From positions 1 to 54,451 of the forward strand of contig JBKOWN010000070.1 in the NCBI GenBank assembly GCA_046724435.1: a DNA stretch of 54,451 nucleotides, written 5' to 3'. The DNA comes from Actinomycetota bacterium (GTDB lineage Bacteria; Actinomycetota; Acidimicrobiia; IMCC26256; JACDBD01). Below, one piece after another: positions 7,823 to 18,607 of the stretch; the stretch's first letter is position 1, and each line of letters starts with the position of its first letter. The notes beneath the pieces are model-generated. The model made no database searches. It saw nothing but the letters and a program-made list of their open reading frames with translations, and had not been told where the DNA came from. Both the position numbers and the translations under genes were made by a program.

Positions 7823-10471
7823 GTGCCACCGACCACCGCCGACGAGCTACGCCGCGCCTTCCTCGACTTCTTCGTGGAGCGCGGCCACACGCGGGTCGAA
7901 TCGGCCAGCCTGATCCCGCACGACCCGACACTGCTCTTCACGGTGGCGGGGATGGTCCCGTTCAAGCCGTACTTCACGGGCGACGAGAAGCCGCCGTACC
8001 CGCGGGCGACGTCCGTCCAGAAGTGCGTCCGCGCCGGTGGGAAGCACAACGACCTCGACGACATCGGCCGGACGAACCGGCACTTCAGCTTCTTCGAGAT
8101 GCTCGGGAACTTCAGCTTCGGCGACTACTTCAAGGCCGAGGCCATCCCGTGGGCGTGGGAGTTCTACCGCGACGTGCTGCAGCTCGACCTCGAGCGGCTC
8201 TGGGTAACGGTCCACGAGACCGACGACGAGGCGGCGAGGATCTGGCGCGACGTCGTCGGCCTGCCCGCGGAGCGGATCCAGCGGATGGGCGACGCCAACT
8301 TCTGGCGCATGGCCGACACCGGCCCGTGCGGGCCTTCGTCGGAGATCTTCTGGGACCTCGGCGAAGAGTTCGGTGCCGGCGGAGGGCCGGCGAACGGGTC
8401 CGAGGACCGGTACATCGAGATCTGGAATCTCGTGTTCATGCAGTTCGACGCCCGGGCCGACGGGTCCCTGACGCCGCTCCCGAAGCCCAGCGTCGACACC
8501 GGCGCCGGCCTCGAGCGCAACCTGATGGTCCTGCAGGGCGTCGACTCGATCTTCGACATCGACGTCCTGCGGCCCATCATCCGAGCGGCGGAGAACGTCA
8601 CGAGCACGAGCTACGGCAACCGCGCCGACGACGACCTGGCGCTGCGCATCCTCGCCGAGCACGCCCGCACGATGACGTTTCTCGTGAGCGACGGCGTGGT
8701 GCCGTCGAACGAGGAACGCGGGTACGTGCTGCGTCGCATCATCCGCCGGGCGGTGCGGTACGCATACCGGCTGGGCGCGCAGAACGTCGTCACCGGCGCG
8801 CTCGTCGACGCGACCGTCGAAGCCATGGGCGCGGCGTACCCCGACCTGGTCGCGCACCACGACGTGATCGTGAACGTCGTCACGCGCGAGGAGGAGCGGT
8901 TCCGTCAGACGCTCGAACGCGGCCTCGACCTCCTCGACGGCTTGCTCGCGGAAGGTGACGTCTCGGGCGAGCAGGCGTTCTTCCTCCACGACACGCTCGG
9001 CTTCCCGATCGACCTCACCCGCGAGATCGCCGAAGAGCGCGGTCGCCGTGTCGACTACGACGGGTTCCGCGCCCGCATGGACGAGCAGCGCGCTCGTGCC
9101 CGCGAGGCGGTCAAGGCCGAGGGCGGGAGGGAGTCCGCGCCCATCGAGCTGTACCGCGAGCTCATCGACGACTTCGGCGAGACCGAGTTCACCGGCCGCC
9201 ACGAGTACGAGACGACCGACACCAAGGTGCTCGCCCTCGTCGTCGGGGGTGAGCGGCTCGCCCAAACCGGCGAGGCGGCGAAGGTCGACGTCGTTCTCGA
9301 CCGCACGCCGTTCTACGCCGAGGCGGGCGGTCAGGTTGGTGACACCGGAACGCTCACGACGAGCGACGGCCGCACGCAGCTGCGTGTGACCGACACGCAG
9401 TACGGCATTCCCGGCGCACTCGTGCTGCACCGGGCGGAAGTCGTGCGCGGGGAGCTGGCCGAGGGTGACAGCGTCACCGCCGCGATCGACGCTGAGCGAC
9501 GCGACCGGATCCGCCGCAATCACACCGCGACGCACATCCTGCACTGGGCGCTCCGTGAGGTGCTCGGGCCGGACGTGAAGCAGGCCGGCTCGCTCGTCGC
9601 GCCCGACCGGCTGCGATTCGACTTCAGCCACTTCAAGGCAGTGACGCCGGACGAGCTCGACCACATCGAAGCTCTCGCGAACCGCGAGATCATCACCGAC
9701 GCGCCCGTCCGCCACTACGAGACGACCCGCGAGCACGCCGAGGCGATCGGAGCGATCGCGTTCTTCGGTGACAAATACGGAGACCTCGTGCGCGTGCTCG
9801 AAGCCGGTGACCACTCGGTCGAGCTGTGCGGCGGCACCCATGTCCATGCACTCGGGTTCATCGGGCCGATCAAGATCGTCAACGAACAATCGATTGGCGC
9901 GAACCTTCGGCGGATCGAGGCGGTGACGGGCGACGTGGCCATCGACCGCATCCACGACGAGGAGCGTCAGCTGCGCCGCGCCGCCGAGACCCTGAAGGTC
10001 GCGCCGGCCGAGCTGCCCGATCGCATCGAGCAGCTCCAGCAGCAGCTGAAGACGCTGCGGGACGAGGCTGAAGCCACCCGCGCCCGAGAGGCGGTGGTCG
10101 AGGCGACCGCCCTGGCGGCGAGCGCATCCGACGGCATCGTCGCCACCCGGCGCGACGGGCTCGACCCCGGCGAGCTCCGGCGTCTCGCCCTCGCCACCCG
10201 CGACGCCCTCGGCTCCGGGATCGTCGCGCTCGTGGGCCTGGCGCCCGACGAGAAGAAGGCGGGTATCGCGGTTGCGGTGACGAAGGAGCTCGTGGACCAG
10301 GGCATCTCGGCGGCCGACCTCGCGGCGAAGGCGGCCAAGGCGCTCGGCGGGGGGACGGCCAAGAACGCCGACGTCGTCTCCGGTGGCGGTCCCAACGTCG
10401 GCGAAGTCGACGAGGCCCTCGGCCTCGTCCGCCAGCAGGCCACCGAGGCCGTCGCCAGCGCGTCGCGCTGA
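7823..10471 (+). CDS. alaS: alanine--tRNA ligase
   Basis: 882 aa. Motifs 'FTVAGMVPFKPYF' and 'RHFSFFEMLGNFSFGDYFK'; editing-domain zinc motif 'HTATHILH...CGGTHV'. Confidence 0.96.
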   Translation: MPPTTADELRRAFLDFFVERGHTRVESASLIPHDPTLLFTVAGMVPFKPYFTGDEKPPYPRATSVQKCVRAGGKHNDLDDIGRTNRHFSFFEMLGNFSFGDYFKAEAIPWAWEFYRDVLQLDLERLWVTVHETDDEAARIWRDVVGLPAERIQRMGDANFWRMADTGPCGPSSEIFWDLGEEFGAGGGPANGSEDRYIEIWNLVFMQFDARADGSLTPLPKPSVDTGAGLERNLMVLQGVDSIFDIDVLRPIIRAAENVTSTSYGNRADDDLALRILAEHARTMTFLVSDGVVPSNEERGYVLRRIIRRAVRYAYRLGAQNVVTGALVDATVEAMGAAYPDLVAHHDVIVNVVTREEERFRQTLERGLDLLDGLLAEGDVSGEQAFFLHDTLGFPIDLTREIAEERGRRVDYDGFRARMDEQRARAREAVKAEGGRESAPIELYRELIDDFGETEFTGRHEYETTDTKVLALVVGGERLAQTGEAAKVDVVLDRTPFYAEAGGQVGDTGTLTTSDGRTQLRVTDTQYGIPGALVLHRAEVVRGELAEGDSVTAAIDAERRDRIRRNHTATHILHWALREVLGPDVKQAGSLVAPDRLRFDFSHFKAVTPDELDHIEALANREIITDAPVRHYETTREHAEAIGAIAFFGDKYGDLVRVLEAGDHSVELCGGTHVHALGFIGPIKIVNEQSIGANLRRIEAVTGDVAIDRIHDEERQLRRAAETLKVAPAELPDRIEQLQQQLKTLRDEAEATRAREAVVEATALAASASDGIVATRRDGLDPGELRRLALATRDALGSGIVALVGLAPDEKKAGIAVAVTKELVDQGISAADLAAKAAKALGGGTAKNADVVSGGGPNVGEVDEALGLVRQQATEAVASASR

Positions 10472-10488
10472 CGGCGGAGCGGGAGCAC

Positions 10489-10911
10489 ATGGGACGGGTC
10501 CTCGGCGTCGATCTCGGCTCGCGCCGCATCGGACTGGCGATCTCCGATCCCGATGGGCGGGTCGCGACCCCACACGCTGTGATCGAGCGAAGCGGTGATC
10601 CTGCGGTCGACCATCAGACGATCCTGGCCCAGGCGCGCGAAGCTGGCGCCTCCCGCGTCGTGGTCGGGCTCCCTCTCTCGCTCTCCGGCGACACCGGTCC
10701 TGCCGCGAGGGCGGTCCTCGGGGAGGTCGACGCGCTCCGGGCGCTGGCGGGCGAAGAAGTCACAGTGGAAACCCACGATGAAAGGCTCACGACGGTGATC
10801 GCCGAACAGGGCATGCGCGAGGCACGCGTGCCACGCCGCGCCCGCCGGCGGACCGTCGACTCCGCCGCCGCCACCGTGATGCTGCAGTCGTATCTCGAGG
10901 CGCGTTCGTGA
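10489..10911 (+). CDS. ruvX: Holliday junction resolvase-like nuclease RuvX/YqgF
   Basis: 140 aa. N-terminal 'VLGVDLGSRRIGLAISD' is typical of YqgF. It lies directly after alaS, as in other actinobacteria. Confidence 0.9.
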   Translation: MGRVLGVDLGSRRIGLAISDPDGRVATPHAVIERSGDPAVDHQTILAQAREAGASRVVVGLPLSLSGDTGPAARAVLGEVDALRALAGEEVTVETHDERLTTVIAEQGMREARVPRRARRRTVDSAAATVMLQSYLEARS

Positions 10912-12149
10912 GCCCGTTCGACGACGACGGACCGGAGCCGCCCCGCGGGGTGGACCGGGACGGTGGTCCGAAGCAGCCTCGGGTGCCCACACCGGCGCCG
11001 ACGACCCAACCAGTACGTCAACGCCCGGAGGAGGACGACGACGAGCTCTGGGGCGAGAGCTTCGACGACGAGGAGCCGGCGCCGGCGGATGCCACCGTGC
11101 CCGACGACACCAGGAGGGTGCACACCCGCCGCCGTCGCCGGCGCACGCTCATCGCGCTGGCGATCGTGCTCGTGCCCATCCTCCTGGTCCTGGGCGCGGG
11201 TGGTTGGTTCCTGTACCAGCTGAACCCACCGGGGGGCGCGGGCAAGCGCGTCAACGTCGACATCCCGCGCCGAACCGGCAACGCCGCCATCGGCGACCTC
11301 CTGGAGAACAAGGGCGTGATCGGCTCCTCGCAGGCGTTCCAGATCTACGTCGGAGTCACTCGTGCCGGGCCGTTCCATCCCGGTCGCTACACGATGCGAG
11401 AGAACATCGGTGTCCGCGACGCCGTCGGGCTCCTCAAGTCCGGGCCGGCGAAGGGGCCTCAGTTCCGGCTCGTCGTGCCGCCCGGGCTCACGCTGGCCGA
11501 GGTCGCCGGCCGAATCGGCATGCTCCAGGGCCATAGCAGCGAGGCGTTCCTCCAGGTCGCGCAGTCGGGTGCTGTTCGCTCGAAGTACCAGCCGCCCGAG
11601 GTGACGTCGCTCGAAGGGCTGATCTTCCCCGACACCTATTTCGTCTCGAAGAACGAGACCGACCAGCAGATCCTCACGCGGCTCGTGTCGGCGTTCGATC
11701 GGAACGCCGACGCGATCGGGCTCTCGGGGCCGAACGCGGCCGGGCTGAGCCCGTACCAGACGGTCGTGGCGGCGTCGCTCATCGAGCGGGAGGCGAAGCT
11801 CGACGAGGACCGGCCGCTGATCTCGGCCGTGATCCACAACCGCCTTGCGGCAGGGAGGCCGCTGCAGATCGACGCCACCGTGTGCTTCGCGAAGGGTGGG
11901 TGCAACGCGTCACCGACCGCGGCCGATCTCGCACTCGACTCGCCATACAACACCTACAAGGTCGCGGGCTTGCCTCCCACACCCATCTCGAGCGTCACGG
12001 TGAAGTCGCTGGGGGCGGCCCAGAACCCGGCGCCGGTGCCCTACCTCTATTACGTGCTCAGCGACAAGAACGGGAAGCACAAGTTCGCAACCACCGAAGA
12101 GGAGCACAACCGGAACGTCGAGGAGGCCCGCCAGAAGGGCCTGCTGTGA
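10908..12149 (+). CDS. mltG: endolytic murein transglycosylase MltG (YceG family)
   Basis: GTGA overlap with ruvX. Low-complexity N-terminus, one TM helix 'LIALAIVLVPILLVLGAGGWFLY', and the YceG core 'ASLIEREAKLDEDRPLISAVIHNRL'. Confidence 0.9.
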   Translation: MSPFDDDGPEPPRGVDRDGGPKQPRVPTPAPTTQPVRQRPEEDDDELWGESFDDEEPAPADATVPDDTRRVHTRRRRRRTLIALAIVLVPILLVLGAGGWFLYQLNPPGGAGKRVNVDIPRRTGNAAIGDLLENKGVIGSSQAFQIYVGVTRAGPFHPGRYTMRENIGVRDAVGLLKSGPAKGPQFRLVVPPGLTLAEVAGRIGMLQGHSSEAFLQVAQSGAVRSKYQPPEVTSLEGLIFPDTYFVSKNETDQQILTRLVSAFDRNADAIGLSGPNAAGLSPYQTVVAASLIEREAKLDEDRPLISAVIHNRLAAGRPLQIDATVCFAKGGCNASPTAADLALDSPYNTYKVAGLPPTPISSVTVKSLGAAQNPAPVPYLYYVLSDKNGKHKFATTEEEHNRNVEEARQKGLL

Positions 12150-12970
12150 ATGGCGGACGCGCGATCACGGGCGCCACCCGCGTTGTCGCCGTGATCGGAG
12201 ACCCCGTCGGGCATTCGAGGTCGCCGGCGATGCACAACGCCGCGTTCGACGCGTTGGGGCTCGACTGGGTGTATGTCGCGTTCCCCGTCCCTCGCGGTGG
12301 AGGCGGGGCCGCGGTCCGGGCGGTGGCGACGCTGGGCATCGCCGGCCTGAACGTCACCATGCCGCACAAGGACGACGCGGCGGCGGCGTGCGACGACCTG
12401 TCGTCCGAAGCGGCCGCGCTCGGGGCCGTCAACACGGTCGTGAACGGGGACGGGGCGCTCGCCGGTCACTCCACCGACGGTGGCGGCTTCCTGCGCGCCC
12501 TCGACGACGAGGGAATCACGGTCGCGGGCCGGCGCGTTCTCGTTCTCGGGGCCGGTGGCGCAGGGCGGGCGATCACGCACGCCGTCGGGCGCGTGGGAGC
12601 GCGTGTGACGGTCGCCGCCCGCCGTCCGGAGGCGGCACGCGACGCGGCCTCGCTGGCCCCCGGCGCGGTCGCCGTCCGCCTCGACGAGCTGTCCGTGGAG
12701 GGCTTCGAGGTTGTCGTGAACGCAACGCCGCTCGGGATGCACGGTGAGGCCCCGCCCTTCGACACGGCGCAGCTCCACGCGGGTCAGTTCGTCTTCGACA
12801 TCGTGTATCCGAGCGAAACGCCGTTGTTGCGTGAGTCCCGCGCGCGCGGACTCCGAGCCGTTGGCGGTCTCGACATGCTCGTGCACCAGGGCGCGCTGTC
12901 CTTCACGCTGTGGACCGGCGTCACGCCACCGCTCGACGTCATGCGGGCCGCCGCGTCGGCCGACCCGTGA
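12146..12970 (+). CDS. aroE: shikimate dehydrogenase
   Basis: GTG at 12146 overlaps the mltG stop (GTGA). Motifs 'VIGDPVGHSRSPAMHNAAF', 'NVTMPHK' and 'LVLGAGGAGRAI'. The track ORF from 11882 is an upstream over-extension. Confidence 0.9.
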   Translation: MNGGRAITGATRVVAVIGDPVGHSRSPAMHNAAFDALGLDWVYVAFPVPRGGGGAAVRAVATLGIAGLNVTMPHKDDAAAACDDLSSEAAALGAVNTVVNGDGALAGHSTDGGGFLRALDDEGITVAGRRVLVLGAGGAGRAITHAVGRVGARVTVAARRPEAARDAASLAPGAVAVRLDELSVEGFEVVVNATPLGMHGEAPPFDTAQLHAGQFVFDIVYPSETPLLRESRARGLRAVGGLDMLVHQGALSFTLWTGVTPPLDVMRAAASADP

Positions 12971-13647
12971 CCGCGGTAGACGTGGCGGCGTGCGCCGTCG
13001 CCGGCCTCCTTGCCGGGCTCGGCCTCGAAGTCGTCGTCGAGCGGGTGCCGCGGCGGGAGCCGTTGAACGGGTGGAGCCGCCGTGACTTCAATCCGGCCCG
13101 GGCGGCGGTGCTCGCGGGAGTCACCGTCGCGCTCTTCGTCGGACTGGCCGTTCGGTACCACGATTCGTGGGTGCTGCCCGCGTTCCTTGCGCTCGCGGCC
13201 GGGCTCGTCGCGTTGTCGGTCATCGACCTCGAGCACTTCCTCTTGCCGAACCGGATCGTGTACCCGCTGGCGATCGCCACCGTGGCGCTCCTTGCTCTGG
13301 CCGCGGTCGGGGACGACGCCTGGGCTGCGTTCGCTCGCGCGGTCCTCGGTGGTGTGATCGCCATGGCGGCGCTGGGCGTGTTGCATCTCGTGTCGCCGCG
13401 CAGCATGGGCTTCGGCGACGTGAAGCTCGCCTTCGTGCTCGGACTCGTCCTCGGTTGGCTCGGCTGGAGCGAGCTCGTCCTCGGGCTGTTCTGCGGTTTC
13501 CTCGCCGGCGCGGTGGTCGGGCTCGCCCTCATCGTCCTTCGTCACCGCGGGCGAAAGGACCACTTGCCGTTCGGACCGTTTCTCGCGTTCGGGACGCTGG
13601 TCGTGCTGCTCTGGGGCGACGTCATCTTGCGCTGGTACCGCGGCTGA
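12967..13647 (+). CDS. prepilin peptidase (A24 aspartic peptidase family, no N-terminal methyltransferase domain)
   Basis: GTGA overlap with aroE. Polytopic membrane protein with both catalytic Asp motifs, 'SVIDLEHFLLPN' and 'MGFGDVKL'. Confidence 0.85.
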   Translation: MTAVDVAACAVAGLLAGLGLEVVVERVPRREPLNGWSRRDFNPARAAVLAGVTVALFVGLAVRYHDSWVLPAFLALAAGLVALSVIDLEHFLLPNRIVYPLAIATVALLALAAVGDDAWAAFARAVLGGVIAMAALGVLHLVSPRSMGFGDVKLAFVLGLVLGWLGWSELVLGLFCGFLAGAVVGLALIVLRHRGRKDHLPFGPFLAFGTLVVLLWGDVILRWYRG

Positions 13648-13711
13648 CCGCACAACTTCCGCGGCTGCCGAACCGGCGGCCGATACGCTGAGCAGGGAAA
13701 ACGGAGGCAAA

Positions 13712-14872
13712 TTGCTGCGCTACCTGACCGCGGGGGAGTCGCACGGCCCGGCCCTGGCGGTCGTGGTCGAGGGGCTTCCTGCCGGCTTGCCCATCACCAT
13801 CGACGAGATCGCGGCCGAGCTGGCGCGGCGCCGTCTCGGCTTCGGGCGCGGCCCCCGCATGCGGTTCGAGCGCGACGACGTCGAGTTCACCGGCGGCGTC
13901 CGGCACGGCCGCACGCTCGGATCCCCGGTGTCCCTCGTGATCCACAACACCGAGTGGCCGAAGTGGCAGGAGGAGATGTCGCCCGCGCCCGGCGTCACCG
14001 AGAAGCCACTGCGCCAGCCGCGGCCCGGGCACGCCGACCTCGTCGGCATGCAGAAGTACGGCTTCGACGACGCCCGCAACGTGCTCGAGCGGGCGAGCGC
14101 GCGCGAGACCGCGGCGCGCGTCGCCGCCGGGTCTCTCGCCAAGGCGCTGCTGTCGCACCTCGGAACCGAGGTCGTCAGCCACGTGATCCAGCTGGGCACC
14201 GTCCGAGCGGCGGAGGACCGGCGGCCCGTCCCCGCCGACCTGCCGCGCGTCGACGAGTCGCCCGTGCGCTGCTTCGATCCCGAGGCCGAAGCGGCGATGG
14301 TCACGGAGATCGAAGCGGCCGCGAAGGCGGGCGACTCCCTGGGTGGTGTGGTCGAGGTGCTCGGCTACGGCGTGCCACCCGGCCTCGGCTCGCACGTGCA
14401 CTGGGATCGCCGCGTCGACGGCCTGATCGCTCAGGCGCTCATGAGCATCCAGGCCATGAAGGGTGTCGAGATCGGCGACGGATTCGCCGGCGTCGCGCGC
14501 CGGGGGAGCGAAGCGCACGACGAGATCCTGTGGAGCGAGGACGACGAGCGTTACGAGCGTGGGTCGAGCCGCGCCGGAGGCGTCGAGGGTGGGATGACGA
14601 CGGGGAGTCCCCTCGTCGCGCGCGTCGGGATGAAGCCGCTGTCCACGCTCAATCGACCGGTCCTGCGCACCGTCGACGTCGAGACGAAAGAGGAGACGGT
14701 CTCGTTCAAGGAGCGAACGGACGTGACCGCGCTCCCGGCGTCCGGCGTCGTGGCCGAGACCATGGTCGCGCTGGTCCTCGCGTCGGAAGCCCTGCGCAAA
14801 TTCGGCGGTGACTCCCTCGACGAGCTGCTGCGCAATCACGCCGGGTACGTCGCGTCGCTGCGAACGACATGA
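13712..14872 (+). CDS. aroC: chorismate synthase
   Basis: TTG start with GGAGG upstream. Motifs 'LRYLTAGESHGPAL', 'RPGHADL' and 'SARETAARVAAG'. Confidence 0.95.
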   Translation: MLRYLTAGESHGPALAVVVEGLPAGLPITIDEIAAELARRRLGFGRGPRMRFERDDVEFTGGVRHGRTLGSPVSLVIHNTEWPKWQEEMSPAPGVTEKPLRQPRPGHADLVGMQKYGFDDARNVLERASARETAARVAAGSLAKALLSHLGTEVVSHVIQLGTVRAAEDRRPVPADLPRVDESPVRCFDPEAEAAMVTEIEAAAKAGDSLGGVVEVLGYGVPPGLGSHVHWDRRVDGLIAQALMSIQAMKGVEIGDGFAGVARRGSEAHDEILWSEDDERYERGSSRAGGVEGGMTTGSPLVARVGMKPLSTLNRPVLRTVDVETKEETVSFKERTDVTALPASGVVAETMVALVLASEALRKFGGDSLDELLRNHAGYVASLRTT

Positions 14873-15393
14873 ACGACGACGGCGCCCGCCGGCATCTCGT
14901 TCTGGTCGGGCTGATGGGAGCGGGCAAGAGCACCGCCGGCGCCGCCTGCGCCACCCGGCTCGCCCGACCGTTCGTGGACACGGACGACGTCGTCGAGGCG
15001 AACACCGGGATATCGGTCGCCGAGTTGTTCGCCCGCGACGGCGAAGCTCGGTTCCGTGAGCTCGAGCACCAGGCGGTGGTCGACGCGTGCGCGACGCCGG
15101 CCCCGGCGGTGATCGCATGCGGAGGCGGTGCCGTCGTCGACGCCGACAACCGCCGCCGCCTCCAGCGCTCGGGCTTCGTGGTGTGGCTCCAAGCCACGCC
15201 GGCGACGCTCATGGCGCGGGTCAAGACCGGCTCCGGGCGGCCGCTCCTCGACGGACGCGGCACCGCGACGCTCGAGCGGCTCGCGGTCGTGCGCGCGGCC
15301 GCCTACGAGGCCGCCGCCGACGCGTTGGTCGACACCGACGGCCTCACCGTTCACGAGGTCGTCGACGCCGTGCTCGAGGTGTACCGACGGTGA
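14869..15393 (+). CDS. aroK: shikimate kinase
   Basis: ATGA overlap with aroC. P-loop 'LVGLMGAGKSTAG'. 174 aa. Confidence 0.92.
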   Translation: MNDDGARRHLVLVGLMGAGKSTAGAACATRLARPFVDTDDVVEANTGISVAELFARDGEARFRELEHQAVVDACATPAPAVIACGGGAVVDADNRRRLQRSGFVVWLQATPATLMARVKTGSGRPLLDGRGTATLERLAVVRAAAYEAAADALVDTDGLTVHEVVDAVLEVYRR

Positions 15394-16472
15394 AGCGAGT
15401 CACCGTTCGACTCGACGCGCCCTACGACGTCATCGTTGGCTCGGGCGCGCTGAGTGAGCTCGGTGCGTTGCTCGCCGGTCGCCGCCGCGTCGCTGTGGTG
15501 AGTCAGGCAACGGTCGCCGAGCACCATGCCGACGCCGTGCGCCGCGCCGCCGGGAACACCGAGCTGTTCTTAATCGGAGAGGGGGAGCCGGCCAAGACGC
15601 TCGCCACCGTCGAACGGGTCGCCCGCGACCTCGCGGGTTGGGGCCTGCTGCGCGACGACGTCGTCGTCGCGCTCGGCGGTGGTGTCGTCGGCGACGTGGC
15701 TGGTTTCACCGCCGCCGTCTACCACCGAGGCGTGGCCGTCGTGCAGGTGCCGACGACATTGCTCGCGCAGATAGACGCCGCCGTCGGGGGCAAGACGGGC
15801 GTGAACCTGCCGGAAGGCAAGAACCTGATCGGGTCGTTCCACCAGCCGACCTCAGTCGTTGCCGACATCGACACGCTCCGCACCCTGCCGGAACGGGAAT
15901 ACCGGTCCGGGCTCGGGGAGGTGGCGAAGTACGCGTTGATCGCGCTGCTGAGCCGAGACCCCAGCGAGCTGACCGACCTCGTGGAAGCGGGCCCCGAGGT
16001 CATTCGTCGGCGCGACGTCGATGGACTGACGGAGCTCGTGTACCGCTGCGTCCAACTCAAGGCCGATGTCGTCGCGCGTGACCCCGAGGAGCACACCGGC
16101 GTGCGCGCCGTCCTGAACTACGGGCACACGCTCGCCCACGCCCTCGAGGCTTCGGGCGAGTACGGCGAGCTGCTGCACGGCGAGGCGGTCGCCGTCGGGT
16201 TGGTGTTCGCCGGCCGGCTGGCGGCCGCGCTGGGCCGCATCGACGCCGCGGCTGCCGAGCGGCACCGTCGAATCGTGTCCGCGCTCGGTCTGCCCGGCCG
16301 TGCGCCGGAGGGTGTCGAGGCGTCGAAACTGCTCGAGCTGATGCGTCGCGACAAGAAGGCGAGAGGCGGCCTCACCTTCGTCCTGCCGGGCCCGAGCGGG
16401 TTCGAGCGCGTCGACGACCCGCCCGCCCCCGCGCTCGAGAGCGCGTTCGAAGCCGTCGGCGTGGAAGGCTGA
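15390..16472 (+). CDS. aroB: 3-dehydroquinate synthase
   Basis: GTG 15390 overlaps the aroK stop. Block 'GGGVVGDVAGFTAAVYHRGVAVVQVPTTLLAQIDAAVGGKTGVN'. The track ORF from 15087 is over-extended. Confidence 0.93.
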   Translation: MKRVTVRLDAPYDVIVGSGALSELGALLAGRRRVAVVSQATVAEHHADAVRRAAGNTELFLIGEGEPAKTLATVERVARDLAGWGLLRDDVVVALGGGVVGDVAGFTAAVYHRGVAVVQVPTTLLAQIDAAVGGKTGVNLPEGKNLIGSFHQPTSVVADIDTLRTLPEREYRSGLGEVAKYALIALLSRDPSELTDLVEAGPEVIRRRDVDGLTELVYRCVQLKADVVARDPEEHTGVRAVLNYGHTLAHALEASGEYGELLHGEAVAVGLVFAGRLAAALGRIDAAAAERHRRIVSALGLPGRAPEGVEASKLLELMRRDKKARGGLTFVLPGPSGFERVDDPPAPALESAFEAVGVEG

Positions 16473-16479
16473 GCGCGCA

Positions 16480-16923
16480 ATGGCGTCGATTCTGCTCGTG
16501 TCGGGCCCGAACCTGAACCTGCTCGGAGATCGCGAGCCCGAGATCTACGGGCACGACACGCTCGACGAGCTCGTCGGTGACGCGCGTGCGGTGGCGGAAG
16601 TGAACGGCCATTCGCTCGACCACGTCCAGTCCAATCACGAGGGCGACATCGTCGACGCGGTGCAGGACGCGCGCGAAGGGCACGCGGCGATCGTCATCAA
16701 CCCGGGCGCGTTCACGCACTACTCGTACGCGATCGCAGATGCCCTCGCCGCGTTCGATGGGCCGAAGATCGAGCTTCATCTCTCGAACCCGTCCGCCCGC
16801 GAATCGTGGCGGCGTACTTCGGTCGTCGCTCCGGTCGTCACCGGGACGGTGGCAGGCTTCGGCCGTGTCGGGTACCGCCTCGCTCTCGAGGCAGCGGTCG
16901 CGCTCCTGAAGGACGCGGGGTGA
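16480..16923 (+). CDS. aroQ: type II 3-dehydroquinate dehydratase
   Basis: 147 aa. Motifs 'ILLVSGPNLNLLGDREPEIYG' and 'INPGAFTHYSYA'. Confidence 0.95.
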   Translation: MASILLVSGPNLNLLGDREPEIYGHDTLDELVGDARAVAEVNGHSLDHVQSNHEGDIVDAVQDAREGHAAIVINPGAFTHYSYAIADALAAFDGPKIELHLSNPSARESWRRTSVVAPVVTGTVAGFGRVGYRLALEAAVALLKDAG

Positions 16924-18035
16924 CCGCCGCGCTCGCGCAGCTGCCCCCGATGGACGTCGCGGCGCGCGCCGAACGGCTGCGCGGTCGCTTCGAGCCGGCT
17001 GGCATCGACGCCCTCCTCGTCACCCGGCTGCCGAACGTCACCTACCTCACGGGATTCACCGGCAGCGCGGCGATGGTCGTCGTGGAGCCGGACGCGCTCG
17101 TCTTCGTCACTGACGGTCGCTACGCCGAGCAGGCCGCCGAGCAGTTGACGGCGGCGGGCGTGGAGGCCCGCATCGAGGTGCGGGTGTCGCAGGCGGCGCA
17201 GCGCGAAGTGATGAGCGAGGCCGCCGGCGGCTATCGACGGCTGGGTCTGGAGGCGCACGGCGTCACGTGGGCGCAGCAACGGGCCTTCGCGGGCGAGTGG
17301 TTCCCCGACGGCGAGCTCGTGGCGACGGAGCACCTCGTGGAAGACCTGCGGCGCGTGAAGGAGCCGGCCGAGGTCGCACGCATCCAGGCCGCCTGCGCGA
17401 TCGCGGACGACGCCCTCGCCGTGGTCGCACCGCGCCTCGCCGACCGGCCGACCGAACGGGACGTCGCGCTCTGGCTCGAGCTCGAGATGCGTGACCGCGG
17501 CGCGGCCGGCACGAGCTTCGACCCGATCGTCGCCTCCGGGCCCAACGGGGCCAAGCCCCACGCCCGTCCCTCGGATCGCTCGATCGAGGCGGGCGAGCCG
17601 GTCGTGATCGATTTCGGCTGCGTCGTCGACGGTTACTGCTCCGACATGACGCGCACGCTCAGCGTCGGCGACCCGGGGCGGGAGGCCCGACACGTGTACG
17701 AGGTCGTGCGTGACGCGCAGCAGTTCGGGCGGGACGCGGTGAGCGCGGGCGTCGATTGCGCTCGGGTCGACAAGGCGTGTCGCGACGTGATCGACGCTGC
17801 CGGTTGGGGCGATGCATTCGTGCACGGGACCGGACACGGTGTCGGCCTCGAGATCCACGAGGCGCCGCGGGTCGCCGCGACGGCCCGTGATACGTTGGCT
17901 TCCGGCTACGTCGTGACCGTCGAGCCCGGCGTCTACCTGCCCGGCGTGGGCGGAGTGCGCATCGAGGACACCGTGGTCGTCACCGACGATGGCGCGGACG
18001 TGCTCACCCGATTCTCCAAGGACTTCTTGTTGTGA
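16920..18035 (+). CDS. M24 family Xaa-Pro peptidase
   Basis: GTG 16920 overlaps the aroQ stop. Metal-ligand blocks '[18 protein letters not shown]', '[15 protein letters not shown]' and '[16 protein letters not shown]'. The start could also be the Met at 16950. Confidence 0.88.
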   Translation: MTAALAQLPPMDVAARAERLRGRFEPAGIDALLVTRLPNVTYLTGFTGSAAMVVVEPDALVFVTDGRYAEQAAEQLTAAGVEARIEVRVSQAAQREVMSEAAGGYRRLGLEAHGVTWAQQRAFAGEWFPDGELVATEHLVEDLRRVKEPAEVARIQAACAIADDALAVVAPRLADRPTERDVALWLELEMRDRGAAGTSFDPIVASGPNGAKPHARPSDRSIEAGEPVVIDFGCVVDGYCSDMTRTLSVGDPGREARHVYEVVRDAQQFGRDAVSAGVDCARVDKACRDVIDAAGWGDAFVHGTGHGVGLEIHEAPRVAATARDTLASGYVVTVEPGVYLPGVGGVRIEDTVVVTDDGADVLTRFSKDFLL

Positions 18036-18592
18036 GCGTCTCCACCAACGACCTGAAGAACGGCATGGCGCTCGATCTCCCCGAGGGCCTCGTCACTGTT
18101 GTCGAGTTCCAGCACGTCAAACCGGGCAAGGGCGGGGCGTTCGTCCGTACCAAGCTCAAGAACCTCCGTACCGGCGCGGTCGTCGACAAGACGTTCCGAG
18201 CCGACGAGAAGGTCCCACTCGCCGTCATCGACAAGCGTGAGATGCAATACCTGTACCGCGAGGGCAGCCAGTACGTGTTCATGGACAGCGACAGCTACGA
18301 GCAGCTGCCGGTGGACGCCGGCGAGCTCGGCCAAGCCGTCCGCTACCTGAAAGAAGGCGACACGGCCGTCCTGCCCACGTACCGGGAGCGCGTCATCGGG
18401 ATCGAGCTGCCGGCCGCGGTCGAGCTCACGGTCACCCAGACCGAGCCGGGCGTGCAGGGCGATCGCGTGTCGGGCGCCCGCAAACCGGCGACGTTGGAGA
18501 CGGGGCTCGTGGTGCAGGTGCCCCTGTTCGTCGAGCCGGGCGGGCGGATCAAGGTCGATACCCGAACGGGGGAGTACCTCGCCCGCGCGTGA
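18032..18592 (+). CDS. efp: elongation factor P
   Basis: 186 aa. '[22 protein letters not shown]' contains the conserved KPGKG loop. Confidence 0.96.
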   Translation: MSVSTNDLKNGMALDLPEGLVTVVEFQHVKPGKGGAFVRTKLKNLRTGAVVDKTFRADEKVPLAVIDKREMQYLYREGSQYVFMDSDSYEQLPVDAGELGQAVRYLKEGDTAVLPTYRERVIGIELPAAVELTVTQTEPGVQGDRVSGARKPATLETGLVVQVPLFVEPGGRIKVDTRTGEYLARA

Positions 18593-18607
18593 CGGGCGAG
18601 ATCGGCG